Positions 1 to 8,821 of a DNA stretch of 64,000 bases are shown here, piece by piece; the stretch's first letter is position 1; each line of letters begins with the position of its first letter. The position numbers and the translations under genes were made by a program. Origin of the DNA: Minisyncoccota bacterium (GTDB lineage: Bacteria; Patescibacteriota; Minisyncoccia; Phycocordibacterales; UBA9973); assembly GCA_041659785.1 (NCBI GenBank), contig JBAZXO010000001.1:177649-241648 (forward strand), read 5' to 3'. The notes beneath the pieces were generated by a model. That model ran no database searches. It had not been told where the DNA came from and worked only from the letters and a program-made list of their open reading frames with translations.

Positions 1-111
1 TGCTTTAATATTGTTAACCCAGTTGGGGTTCACGGTTAAGGGCTCAGAAACCAGGGAGTTCAATCCTCTCTTCTCACTCACTGTTCATTGATTTTTCTGC
101 GGAGGCAATGT

Positions 112-360
112 ATGAAAGAAAAAAATTTCGTGAAAATAAAAATCACAAAGGTCTCTAAAGATCTTGAAGAAAAAAGTATTTACCACCTTTTTGAGGCAAT
201 AAAAAAAGCATTACCAAACATTAATATCCAGACATATATTTACCCTGGAGTAATCAAGGAATGTTTGCCAATGGTCCTAAAAATTGATGAAATTAATCAC
301 AAGGACCTAAGAAAGTTGCGAAACAGTTTGCGACTTGAGGTGGAAAAACTCAATGATTAG
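112..360 (+). CDS. hypothetical (orphan) protein
   Basis: ORF 88..360; ATG at 112 is preceded by GGAGG (101-105); followed by a terminator. Confidence 0.55.
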   Translation: MKEKNFVKIKITKVSKDLEEKSIYHLFEAIKKALPNINIQTYIYPGVIKECLPMVLKIDEINHKDLRKLRNSLRLEVEKLND

Positions 361-401
361 TCCTTTTACAGCCCATCGGCGCAAGCCAAACAAATCTAAA
401 C

Positions 402-428
402 GCCCCGCGCTCACGCCGGGGCTTTTTT
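402..428 (+). terminator. intrinsic terminator
   Basis: GCCCCG...CGGGGC stem followed by a T6 tract. Confidence 0.7.
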
Positions 429-512
429 ATTTATATATTAAAAAAATCTAAATTAAGTAAAATTCTTAACCTATCATATATGATATATTAAGAAAATTAA
501 AAAATTATTATT

Positions 513-1973
513 TTATTCTTTCACCGGACGCATTAGTGGGAAGAGTTGTGTTTCGCGTAAAGGTTTGTCTACAAGAAAAGCAAAGAACCTCTCACCGAAA
601 CCAAAGCCGAAAGCTGGAGGCATACCGTGTTCGAGCATCTCCACGAATTCATCATCTGGCATCATTGCTTCATCGTCCCCTTTCTCTATTAATTTTCTTT
701 GAATTTCAAAACGTTCTCCTTGATCTATCGGATCATTTAATTCAGAAAAACCATTAGTCATTTCTGCCCCTGCGAGAAGAAGCTGCACACGCTCAGTCAA
801 AAGTGGATTCTCAGGTTTTGCTTTTGAAAGCGGAGAAACGAGTTTTGGTAAATCGACGAGCCAAGCCGGACCCACGATTTGCTTGCGACAATGTTTCCAG
901 AGAGAATCAGTCAAACGCTCTTTATTATTTCCTTCGTATTTTACTTTGAGCTCATCAAGCTTAACCATCATTTCTTTTTCTGTCGCAGAGAGTACATCGA
1001 TGCCTACCATCTTTTTTATAGTATCGACATAAAGAATCAATTCCCATTTTTTAGATAAATCTATCTTATGTCCGTGAGTTTCGAATTGTAAAGTGCCGAG
1101 GGTTTCTTGTGTAATTTCTTTTAGCATCCTCTCGGTGAATTCCATGCCCTGTTTGTAATCCATATAACCAGCGTAAAATTCTAAATTGGTAAATTCTTGT
1201 GTATGTTCTGGACTAGATCCTTCATTTCTATAAATTCTCCCAATTTCAAAAACTCTAGGAAAACCTGCCGCAAGGAGCCTCTTCTGCCAAAGCTCTCCAA
1301 CAGAAATACGCATAAAAACATCTATATCAAAATCATTGTGATGAGTTTTGAAAGGTCGTGCTTCTGCACCGCCTGTCGTAACCTCAATCGTCGGAGTCTC
1401 AACTTCCAAGAAGTTTTCTTTCTTTAAAAAATTACGAGTCGCATCCCAAAATTTTGCTTTCTTTTCGAAAAGATCTTTTATCTCTGGATTCATTAAAATA
1501 TCCAAATATCTTTTTCGAAATCTTTCTTCTATATCTACGAGGCCGTGCCATTTCTCAGGAAGTGGACGCAAACTTTTACTAAGCATACGCCAGTCTTTTA
1601 TCTCAAGAGTTTTCTCCCCTCTATTTGTTTTGAAAAATGTTCCTTGTATTTCTACAAAGTCTCCAATGTCTACTGTTTCATTCCAAAAAGAAAATTTATC
1701 GTCACTGATGACATCTTTTTTTAATAAACCTTGAAAGGTTCCTGTGCCGTCATTTAAAGTTGTAAAAACGATTGCACCTTGTCCGCGAATAGACATTATT
1801 CTACCTGCAATCCATTTTGTATCCTTGGCTTTTTCAAGATCGTCAAAATTATCAATAGCATCTTTTAAAGTTAATTCTCTATTAGAACTAGCTGGGTATG
1901 GGTTCATACCTCCCTTTTTTAGAAGTTCAAGTTTTTTTATTCTAGTGTCCCGAATTTCATCAATTGAAGACAT
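513..1973 (-). CDS. lysS: lysine--tRNA ligase (class II)
   Basis: OB-fold N-terminus, RFRKRYLD, GGAEARPF, YRNEG, GMPPAFGFGFG, LFPLMRP motifs. Confidence 0.97.
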   Translation of the reverse strand: MSSIDEIRDTRIKKLELLKKGGMNPYPASSNRELTLKDAIDNFDDLEKAKDTKWIAGRIMSIRGQGAIVFTTLNDGTGTFQGLLKKDVISDDKFSFWNETVDIGDFVEIQGTFFKTNRGEKTLEIKDWRMLSKSLRPLPEKWHGLVDIEERFRKRYLDILMNPEIKDLFEKKAKFWDATRNFLKKENFLEVETPTIEVTTGGAEARPFKTHHNDFDIDVFMRISVGELWQKRLLAAGFPRVFEIGRIYRNEGSSPEHTQEFTNLEFYAGYMDYKQGMEFTERMLKEITQETLGTLQFETHGHKIDLSKKWELILYVDTIKKMVGIDVLSATEKEMMVKLDELKVKYEGNNKERLTDSLWKHCRKQIVGPAWLVDLPKLVSPLSKAKPENPLLTERVQLLLAGAEMTNGFSELNDPIDQGERFEIQRKLIEKGDDEAMMPDDEFVEMLEHGMPPAFGFGFGERFFAFLVDKPLRETQLFPLMRPVKE

Positions 1974-1990
1974 TTTTAAATTAAGCTAAT

Positions 1991-2464
1991 TTAGGAAACA
2001 CTGATGATTTTATAATTTACTACACCACCTGGAGTTTTTAGGGAAACATTCTCACCTTTCTTTTTACCAAAAAGTGCAACACCTAAAGGAGAACGGTTAG
2101 AAATTTTTCCTTTTAGCATATCTGCTTCCTCTGATCCTACTATAACATAATTTTTCTCTTCCTTGGTGCCTTCTTTCTGTACGACTACCTTAGATCCGAT
2201 TTCAATGATATCTCCACCTCCACCTTTTACCGTTTGGGAAGATTCTAAAATTTGTTCTATTTTTGCAATGCGTGCTTCGAGTTTACCTTGGTCTTCTCGG
2301 ACTTGATGATATTCTGCATTCTCTGATAAGTCACCCAAGGATTTTGCATACTCTAAATTTTTTAGAATTTCTTTTCTTTTAGGTCCTTTCAAATCTTTCA
2401 ACTCCGCTAAAAGTGCCAATCTTTTTTCTTCTGTTATATAATCTCCTGCTTGTTGCATAATCAC
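1991..2464 (-). CDS. greA: transcription elongation factor GreA
   Basis: GDLSENAEY and ISNRSPLG motifs. Confidence 0.96.
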   Translation of the reverse strand: MIMQQAGDYITEEKRLALLAELKDLKGPKRKEILKNLEYAKSLGDLSENAEYHQVREDQGKLEARIAKIEQILESSQTVKGGGGDIIEIGSKVVVQKEGTKEEKNYVIVGSEEADMLKGKISNRSPLGVALFGKKKGENVSLKTPGGVVNYKIISVS

Positions 2465-2505
2465 ATTATACTATATTTTTTTACAAAAAAGTCAATAATT
2501 TTAAC

Positions 2506-2543
2506 AAAAAAAAAGAGGGCCCGATGTAGATATGGAGCCCTCT
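2506..2543 (-). terminator. intrinsic terminator of orphan gene 2564..2797
   Basis: On the minus strand, AGAGGGCTCC...GGGCCCTCT stem followed by a T run. Confidence 0.6.
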
Positions 2544-2563
2544 GTCACCGAAATGGTGTGAGA

Positions 2564-2797
2564 TTATTTCTTGTTGGCTTGTTTCTTTTCTTGAAGAGCA
2601 TGATTGATATGAAGCTTAAGATGCCACAAAAAGATGTCAAATTGTGCCAGAGCAACTATATCACCTTTTTTTTCCAAAAATTTATTGATAAAATCTTCGG
2701 TAGCTTCAGGTGGTAAGCGGTGTTTATTGTCTTTCCAGATTCTTTTAAAATTAAACTCAATAGCACCAGCCTGAGCTGCTGTTATTTCCTGGGGCAT
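2564..2797 (-). CDS. hypothetical (orphan) protein
   Basis: 77-aa ORF with AAGGAG SD, upstream TTGACA (2885-2890) and a downstream terminator. Confidence 0.6.
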   Translation of the reverse strand: MPQEITAAQAGAIEFNFKRIWKDNKHRLPPEATEDFINKFLEKKGDIVALAQFDIFLWHLKLHINHALQEKKQANKK

Positions 2798-2953
2798 TTC
2801 ATCTCCTTAAGAGAATTAGGGTGACGGAATTGTCACCAAGTTGAAAAGGACGTTCTCCCTTTTTCTACACTTAAACTTGATTTATGTCAAGCTTTATCAC
2901 TTCTCATTCAACGAATATTTGCAAAAAATCTTTTATATGGTAATCTTGTTCAT

Positions 2954-3187
2954 ATGGCAAAAACAGTAATAGAAGTGAAGAAAAATCCAAACGAAAACAA
3001 CGCGAGCGTATTGCGTCGTTTTTCTCGTAGAATTCAAGAATCCGGTATTGTCCGCAAGGTCAAAGGCGCTCGCTACAACTTGAGAAAAGAATCCAAACTT
3101 AAAGTTAAAAAAAGTGCTCTAAAGAGAATGGGCCGAAGAAAGGAAATCGAGAAACTCAAAAAGCTCGGTAAGATGGTAACAAAGTAA
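2954..3187 (+). CDS. rpsU: 30S ribosomal protein bS21
   Basis: Basic 77 aa; EVKK..NE...LRRFSR...SG pattern of bS21. Confidence 0.8.
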   Translation: MAKTVIEVKKNPNENNASVLRRFSRRIQESGIVRKVKGARYNLRKESKLKVKKSALKRMGRRKEIEKLKKLGKMVTK

Positions 3188-3192
3188 ACCAT

Positions 3193-3645
3193 ATGGAGGA
3201 AAAACTTTCTATGATAAACAAAACAAAAACGAAAACTCCTCGTCTACCTTTTCTTGATCTTAAAAATGACATTTTAGGGAAAAACTATTCCCTCTCTATC
3301 GCTTTCGTAGATGAAAAAAAATCTAGAGAAATAAATAAGGAATACAGAAACAAAGATAAATCTACAAATATTTTATCTTTTCTTTTACATAAAAACGAAG
3401 GTGAAATAATTATCTGCCCACCCGTCGTAAAGCGTGAAGCTAAAAATTTTGAAAGAAATTTCGACCAATTTATGGGATTTTTAGTTATCCACGGAATGCT
3501 TCATTTGAAAGGACACGAACATAGTAGTACAATGGAGAGACTAGAAGAAAAATATGATAAGAAATATTTCAGTGGGCATAGACGTGGGATCATCCACGAC
3601 ACGAGTCGTGGTAGGAGAATTTCTAAAAGGAGAAAAAAATCCTAA
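3193..3645 (+). CDS. ybeY: rRNA maturation RNase YbeY
   Basis: INKEYRNKDKSTNILSF and HGMLHLKGHEH metal motif. Confidence 0.92.
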   Translation: MEEKLSMINKTKTKTPRLPFLDLKNDILGKNYSLSIAFVDEKKSREINKEYRNKDKSTNILSFLLHKNEGEIIICPPVVKREAKNFERNFDQFMGFLVIHGMLHLKGHEHSSTMERLEEKYDKKYFSGHRRGIIHDTSRGRRISKRRKKS

Positions 3646-4717
3646 GATTATTGGTATGGGTGAAAGTATCACTCTAGGCATGAGGCACGGCTACGTCGTA
3701 AACTCTCCACTGGTCACTGCTTCAGTGAGAAATGCAGTTGCGCTCGCAGAAAAAACTTCTGGCTTAAAAATAAAAAAATGTTTTGTTTCACTTTCTGGCA
3801 CCACGCTCAAAAGTGAGATAAGCGGAGGGAGCACTATCGTTTCAAAAGCTGACGGTGAAGTGACCTCTCTCGATGTGAACAAAGCACTTCAGGATTGTGA
3901 GGACAATTTAAGCTTGGGAAATAAAAAAATTATCCATATATACCCCATTTCTTACCGACTCGATGGGAAAGAAGTCTTGGGTAGATTAGAGGGTATGCGC
4001 GGAACAAAGCTTGAGATTAAAGCACTTTTTGTCACTTATTCCGTTGTACACTTAGAGGATTTACTAGGGGCAATAGCAGAAGCTGGAGTAGAAACTATAG
4101 ACGTGATCGCCTCTCCACTCGCCATCAGCAACATCGCTCTAACCGAAAGACAAAAGATCGTAGGCGTAGCACTCGTAGACATCGGAGACCAGACGACATC
4201 TCTTTCTGTTTTTGAAAATGGATTACTCATGTCAGTCGCTACTTTCTCTATAGGTTCGACTGAAATAACAAATGACATTGCACTCGGTTTTAAAATTTCC
4301 TTAGAAAAAGCAGAAGCTCTAAAGCTTGGAAATAGCACAGAAGAATTTTCAAAGAAAAAACTCGACGAAATCATCGAAGCACGACTATGTGACATCTTTG
4401 AATCAATAGAAAATAATTTAAAGAAAATAAAAAGGTCCGAGCTCTTACCGGCCGGTATAGTATTCGTGGGTGGTGGTGCAAATACTCCAATGCTCGCAGA
4501 ATTATCTAAATCTACACTCAAGCTCCCCTCTAGTATTGGTGCAACAGAAATCTTTGGCAACACAAAAACGAAACTTCGTGACCCAGCTTATTTTAATGCA
4601 ATTGGTTTACTCACCTCCGGAAAAGATACAGGTGGCTATGAAGGCAACTCTTTCAAAAAACTCTTAAAAGACCTAGAAAACACAATAAAATCAAGCATAA
4701 AACAGCTGATGCCATAA
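3554..4717 (+). CDS. ftsA: cell division protein FtsA
   Basis: GIDVGSS, VDIGDQTT and GGGA actin-like motifs; upstream of ftsZ. Confidence 0.95.
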   Translation: MIRNISVGIDVGSSTTRVVVGEFLKGEKNPKIIGMGESITLGMRHGYVVNSPLVTASVRNAVALAEKTSGLKIKKCFVSLSGTTLKSEISGGSTIVSKADGEVTSLDVNKALQDCEDNLSLGNKKIIHIYPISYRLDGKEVLGRLEGMRGTKLEIKALFVTYSVVHLEDLLGAIAEAGVETIDVIASPLAISNIALTERQKIVGVALVDIGDQTTSLSVFENGLLMSVATFSIGSTEITNDIALGFKISLEKAEALKLGNSTEEFSKKKLDEIIEARLCDIFESIENNLKKIKRSELLPAGIVFVGGGANTPMLAELSKSTLKLPSSIGATEIFGNTKTKLRDPAYFNAIGLLTSGKDTGGYEGNSFKKLLKDLENTIKSSIKQLMP

Positions 4718-4733
4718 TATTAGTTTTTAGATA

Positions 4734-4784
4734 CTAGAAGCTAGTAAACTAGAACCCAGAAGCTAGAACCTAATACCTAATCTA
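4734..4784. repeat. degenerate heptamer tandem repeat (CTAGAAS-like, about 7 units)
   Basis: ctagaag ctagtaaa ctagaac ccagaag ctagaac ctaatac ctaatcta. Confidence 0.75.
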
Positions 4785-4865
4785 TGGGTTTGCTTTTTTT
4801 TGCTCTAGTGCTAGTATGATTTCATATAAGTTAAATCTTTAATAAGCCTACGGGCAAGTAAAATT

Positions 4866-6071
4866 ATGCCAAAAATAAATCAAGAAATAGAGAGTTTCGC
4901 TCGAATCATGGTCATCGGAATCGGTGGATCAGGAAAGAATGCAGTCAACCATATGATAAACTCTAAGGTCAAAGGTGTGTCTTTTATTTGTATGAACACT
5001 GACACGCAAGACTTACATCACTCTCTTGCTGAGAAAAAAATTCACATTGGAAAAAATTTAACTAAAGGTCTCGGCGCAGGTATGGATCCAGAAATTGGAA
5101 AGAAGGCTGCCGAAGAAACAAAGTCTGAAATACAAGATGTCATCAAAGGTGCAGACATGATCTTCCTCGCTTGCGGAATGGGTGGAGGTACTGGAACAGG
5201 TGCAGCACCAATCGTCGCTCGTGCAGCGAGAGAACAAGGCATCCTCACTGTCGCTGTCACCACCAAGCCATTTTTCTTCGAAGGAAATCACCGTATGAAA
5301 ATAGCTGAGAAAGGTATTGAAGAATTAGCTAAAGAAGTAGATGCAATAATCATCATTCCAAACGACAAATTGCTTCAATTAGCTGAACAAAACACCAATT
5401 TTAAAGACGCTTTCGTAAAATGCGATGACGTATTACGTCAAGCAGTAGAAGGGATTTCTGACCTTATCACCACTCCTGGCGTCATAAATGTAGACTTTGC
5501 AGACATTAAGGCCATTATGGCAAATGCTGGTAGCGCCCTTATGGGTATCGGTAGTGCTTCTGGTGAAAAGCGTGCAGAAAAGGCAGCCTTGGGAGCTATC
5601 AATTCCCCTCTTCTCGAGGTTTCTATTCATGGTGCTAAAGGAGTGCTCTTCGCTATCTCTGGAGGAGACGACCTAACTATCAATGAAATCCAAGAAGCTG
5701 CAAAAATAATCACTGAATCAATCGACAAAGATGCGAAGGTAATCTTCGGAACAATTCGTGATGAGAAATTAAAAAAGGGAGAAATCAAGGTCACCGTCAT
5801 TGCAACCTCCTTCCCTGCTGATATGCCTCGCAAGAATCTTTTTAGCGCAGCTACTACAGGCCTAATGAAAGATGAAACTCCTGTTGCTGTAAAAAAAGAA
5901 ATACATAATACCATCCAGAACAATATGCAGGGCGTAAATCAAAATAATAATTTGAGCAATAATGACTTCATAAAGAAAATGGATAAAAAGGAAGTCAAAG
6001 AAGAAATTATCGAAGATGATGGCGATGACTGGAGCGCTGTTCCAGCCTTCCTCCGAAGAACTAAAAAATAA
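4866..6071 (+). CDS. ftsZ: cell division protein FtsZ
   Basis: GMGGGTGTG tubulin signature, INVDFAD, C-terminal VPAFLRR. Confidence 0.98.
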   Translation: MPKINQEIESFARIMVIGIGGSGKNAVNHMINSKVKGVSFICMNTDTQDLHHSLAEKKIHIGKNLTKGLGAGMDPEIGKKAAEETKSEIQDVIKGADMIFLACGMGGGTGTGAAPIVARAAREQGILTVAVTTKPFFFEGNHRMKIAEKGIEELAKEVDAIIIIPNDKLLQLAEQNTNFKDAFVKCDDVLRQAVEGISDLITTPGVINVDFADIKAIMANAGSALMGIGSASGEKRAEKAALGAINSPLLEVSIHGAKGVLFAISGGDDLTINEIQEAAKIITESIDKDAKVIFGTIRDEKLKKGEIKVTVIATSFPADMPRKNLFSAATTGLMKDETPVAVKKEIHNTIQNNMQGVNQNNNLSNNDFIKKMDKKEVKEEIIEDDGDDWSAVPAFLRRTKK

Positions 6072-6111
6072 AATAGCCAAAAGCTTGACGGCTAGTGTAT
6101 AATAAACGTAT

Positions 6112-7065
6112 ATGACATACGACCTAATAATTATTGGAGGTGGGCCTGCCGGTGTTGCAGCGGCTGTTTATGCTGCTCGTAAAAGGTTAAAAACACTTTT
6201 TATTACTTCCGAATGGGGCGGGCAAAGCATCGTTTCAGAAAAGATTTTCAACTGGATTGGCACACCAGCCATCTCGGGCAATGACCTAGCAGAAAATTTA
6301 AAGAGTCACGTGTTAGCCAATGCAATAAATGATAAAAACCCAGATTCTACATTAAAAATAAAAGAAGGAGAAAAAGTAACTTCCCTGTCAGGTGTTGGAA
6401 ACCCGACAGAAGGATTTTCAGTAAAAATAGAATCAGGTGAAGAATTTTTAACTAAAACAATTTTAATAGCTACAGGTAGTGTGCGCAGAAAGCTTATTGC
6501 AAAAAATGCAGATGAACTTGAACACAAAGGCCTCACTTATTGTGCTTCTTGCGACGGGCCACTTTTTGAAAATATGGATGTGGCTGTAATTGGTGGAGGA
6601 AATGCCGCATTCGAAACAGCCGCTCAGCTACTAGCCTATTGTAAGTCTGTCATCCTCATAAACAGAAGCGACACTTTCCGGGCAGATGAAATTACTGTGG
6701 AGAGAGTTTCTAAAAATCCTAAAATATCAATAGTAAAAAATGTGGATATTTTAGAGATACAAGGCAGTAAATTTGTAGAAGGCTTAATTTATCAGGACAG
6801 AACTACAAAAGTACAAAAAGAATTAAAAGTATCTGGAATTTTTGTTGAAATTGGACAGATTGCAAATACTGATTTTGTAAAAGAATTAGTACCCCTAGAT
6901 GCAGTAGGGAAAATAAAAATTGATGCTTGGTCACAAAAAACTGAGACGAAAGGCATCTGGGCCGCTGGAGATTGTACCAATATCCTCTACCACCAGAACA
7001 ACATTGCTGCTGGTGATGCTGTGCGTGCTGTGGAAGATATCTATCTAGCAATTCACACAAAATAA
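6112..7065 (+). CDS. trxB: thioredoxin reductase / AhpF-like FAD oxidoreductase
   Basis: GGGPAG, CASCDG active site, GGGNAA, AAGD. Confidence 0.85.
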   Translation: MTYDLIIIGGGPAGVAAAVYAARKRLKTLFITSEWGGQSIVSEKIFNWIGTPAISGNDLAENLKSHVLANAINDKNPDSTLKIKEGEKVTSLSGVGNPTEGFSVKIESGEEFLTKTILIATGSVRRKLIAKNADELEHKGLTYCASCDGPLFENMDVAVIGGGNAAFETAAQLLAYCKSVILINRSDTFRADEITVERVSKNPKISIVKNVDILEIQGSKFVEGLIYQDRTTKVQKELKVSGIFVEIGQIANTDFVKELVPLDAVGKIKIDAWSQKTETKGIWAAGDCTNILYHQNNIAAGDAVRAVEDIYLAIHTK

Positions 7066-7076
7066 ATTTCCTAAAC

Positions 7077-7111
7077 AAAAAAACAGCCCTCACAAAAAAG
7101 GCTGTTTTTTT
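7077..7111. terminator. bidirectional intrinsic terminator
   Basis: A-run-ACAGCC...GGCTGT-T-run between convergent trxB and a small minus-strand ORF. Confidence 0.65.
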
Positions 7112-7132
7112 ATTTTAATTTAGAAATTATTT

Positions 7133-7195
7133 TTAACTTGAACATGTGCAATCACTGATTGGATTACCACAACCAGGACATTTTGGTTCATCCAT
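7133..7195 (-). CDS. putative 20-aa Cys-rich microprotein MDEPKCPGCGNPISDCTCSS
   Basis: Manual translation; CxxC...CxC pattern; ends just before the terminator. Confidence 0.5.
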   Translation of the reverse strand: MDEPKCPGCGNPISDCTCSS

Positions 7196-7299
7196 ATTCT
7201 TTGAGAAATTAGATGATAATTGTATAAAAAATACGTTGGACTAGAATGTATTTATTGTACATTTAAATTATACCACACTACTATGTATTATACCATTTG

Positions 7300-7371
7300 T
7301 GACCCTACTGGGAATCGCACCCAGATTACCAGCTTGAAAAGCTGATGTCCTAACTATTAGACGATAGGGCC
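7300..7371 (-). tRNA. tRNA-Glu(TTC)
   Basis: Cloverleaf GGCCCTA...TAGGGTC-A; anticodon arm CAGC-TT-TTC-AA-GCTG; T-loop TGCGATT. Confidence 0.92.
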
Positions 7372-7431
7372 AATGTCTTTTATCTTATCTTATTTTTGAA
7401 AAAACTGCAAAAAATGCTAGATTAAAATAAT

Positions 7432-7518
7432 GGAGACGTGGCTGAGTGGTTGAAGGCACCAGTTTCGAAAACTGGCATCGGGGCAACTCGATCGTGAGTT
7501 CAAATCTCACCGTCTCCG
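7432..7518 (+). tRNA. tRNA-Ser(CGA)
   Basis: GGAGACG...CGTCTCC-G acceptor; CCAGT-TT-CGA-AA-ACTGG; long variable arm; TTCAAAT T-loop. Confidence 0.95.
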
Positions 7519-7531
7519 CAAAAATATGACA

Positions 7532-7936
7532 TTAAATTTTTATTCCTAGTTTATGTTTAATCCTTAAAACTACCTCATCTAAAGATGTGTTGGCTTTTGT
7601 TAAATATTCATAATTTTTCCCAAGGCCGGCAAAACTATTTTGAGCAACCATATCACCAGGGTCACTTACGTTCGTGAGGACAATGACTTTTGCGTTTACT
7701 CCCCATGGATCTTCACTTAATTTTTTAATTACTTCAAAACCATCCATCTTAGGCATCAAAATATCGAGCAATATTAAGTCGGGGTGTCTTTTAAGGGCAA
7801 ATTCTAAACCATCAAGACCATTAAAACTTTCAATAACATCAAACTTTTCTGTGTCCAACTTTTCAGTAAGAGTATCAGCTAAGATTCTTTCGTCTTCAAC
7901 AATTAAAATTAAGAATTTCTTATTAGGTTCATCCAT
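7532..7936 (-). CDS. single-domain response regulator (receiver)
   Basis: ILIVEDE, PDLILLDILMPKMDG, VIVLTN, YLTK. Confidence 0.92.
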   Translation of the reverse strand: MDEPNKKFLILIVEDERILADTLTEKLDTEKFDVIESFNGLDGLEFALKRHPDLILLDILMPKMDGFEVIKKLSEDPWGVNAKVIVLTNVSDPGDMVAQNSFAGLGKNYEYLTKANTSLDEVVLRIKHKLGIKI

Positions 7937-7999
7937 GCATCAATTATACCACTAAAAGATAAATTGAAAAACAAAGGGCTTGGTGTATAATCGAGAAAC

Positions 8000-8764
8000 A
8001 TGGAAAAAGACACAAAAATAAAAATAATAATTCTAGCTGCAGGTAAAGGAAAAAGGATGCGAAGTGAGCTACCAAAAGCTTTAATTCCACTTGGAGGCAA
8101 GCCAATGATTAGATATATATTGGATAAAATCGAAACTCTACCCTTTGGAATACCTCATATTGTTGTAGGACACAATAAAGAAAAAATAATAAAAGATTTG
8201 GGAGATACGTATAACTACGTGGTACAAGAAGAACAGCTAGGCACTGGCCATGCGGTAAATGTAGTTAAAACATATATAAAAGACGGAGCAGAAAGTATAG
8301 TTATTTTATATGGCGACCAGCCTTTCACTAGCGCCGAAACCATAGAAAAATTAGTTGAAAAGCAAAAAAGAACTAAAGCGAAAATTGTTATGGCCACAGT
8401 AAAGGTTCCAAACTTTGATGATTGGCGAGCAAACTTTTTAGGTTTTTCTAAGGTAATTAGAGATCACAATGGAAAGATAATAAGAACAGTAGAGAAAAAA
8501 GATTCAACAGAAGAAGAGAATAAAATCAAGGAAGTGAATCCCTGCTATTTTTGTTTTGATTCTAAATGGCTTTGGTCCCACCTTGAAAAATTGAAAAATG
8601 ACAATGCTCAAAAAGAATATTATCTTACTGATTTAATAAAAATGGTAACGGAAGAAGGTATAGAAATAGAATCAATAGAAATAGACGCAAAAGAAGCCCT
8701 GGGTGCAAATACTAAAGAAGAACTTGAAATATTAGAAAATATACTTCGTAATAAAAATTCATAG
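8000..8764 (+). CDS. nucleotidyltransferase, GlmU N-terminal domain only
   Basis: ILAAGKGKRM..LPK, QLGTGHAV, NAQKEYYLTD; no hexapeptide acetyltransferase domain. Confidence 0.88.
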   Translation: MEKDTKIKIIILAAGKGKRMRSELPKALIPLGGKPMIRYILDKIETLPFGIPHIVVGHNKEKIIKDLGDTYNYVVQEEQLGTGHAVNVVKTYIKDGAESIVILYGDQPFTSAETIEKLVEKQKRTKAKIVMATVKVPNFDDWRANFLGFSKVIRDHNGKIIRTVEKKDSTEEENKIKEVNPCYFCFDSKWLWSHLEKLKNDNAQKEYYLTDLIKMVTEEGIEIESIEIDAKEALGANTKEELEILENILRNKNS

Positions 8765-8821
8765 TAAATTCATGTCATAGGGAGTAAAATAAAAACATTA
8801 ACAATAAATAAATTAAAATCA

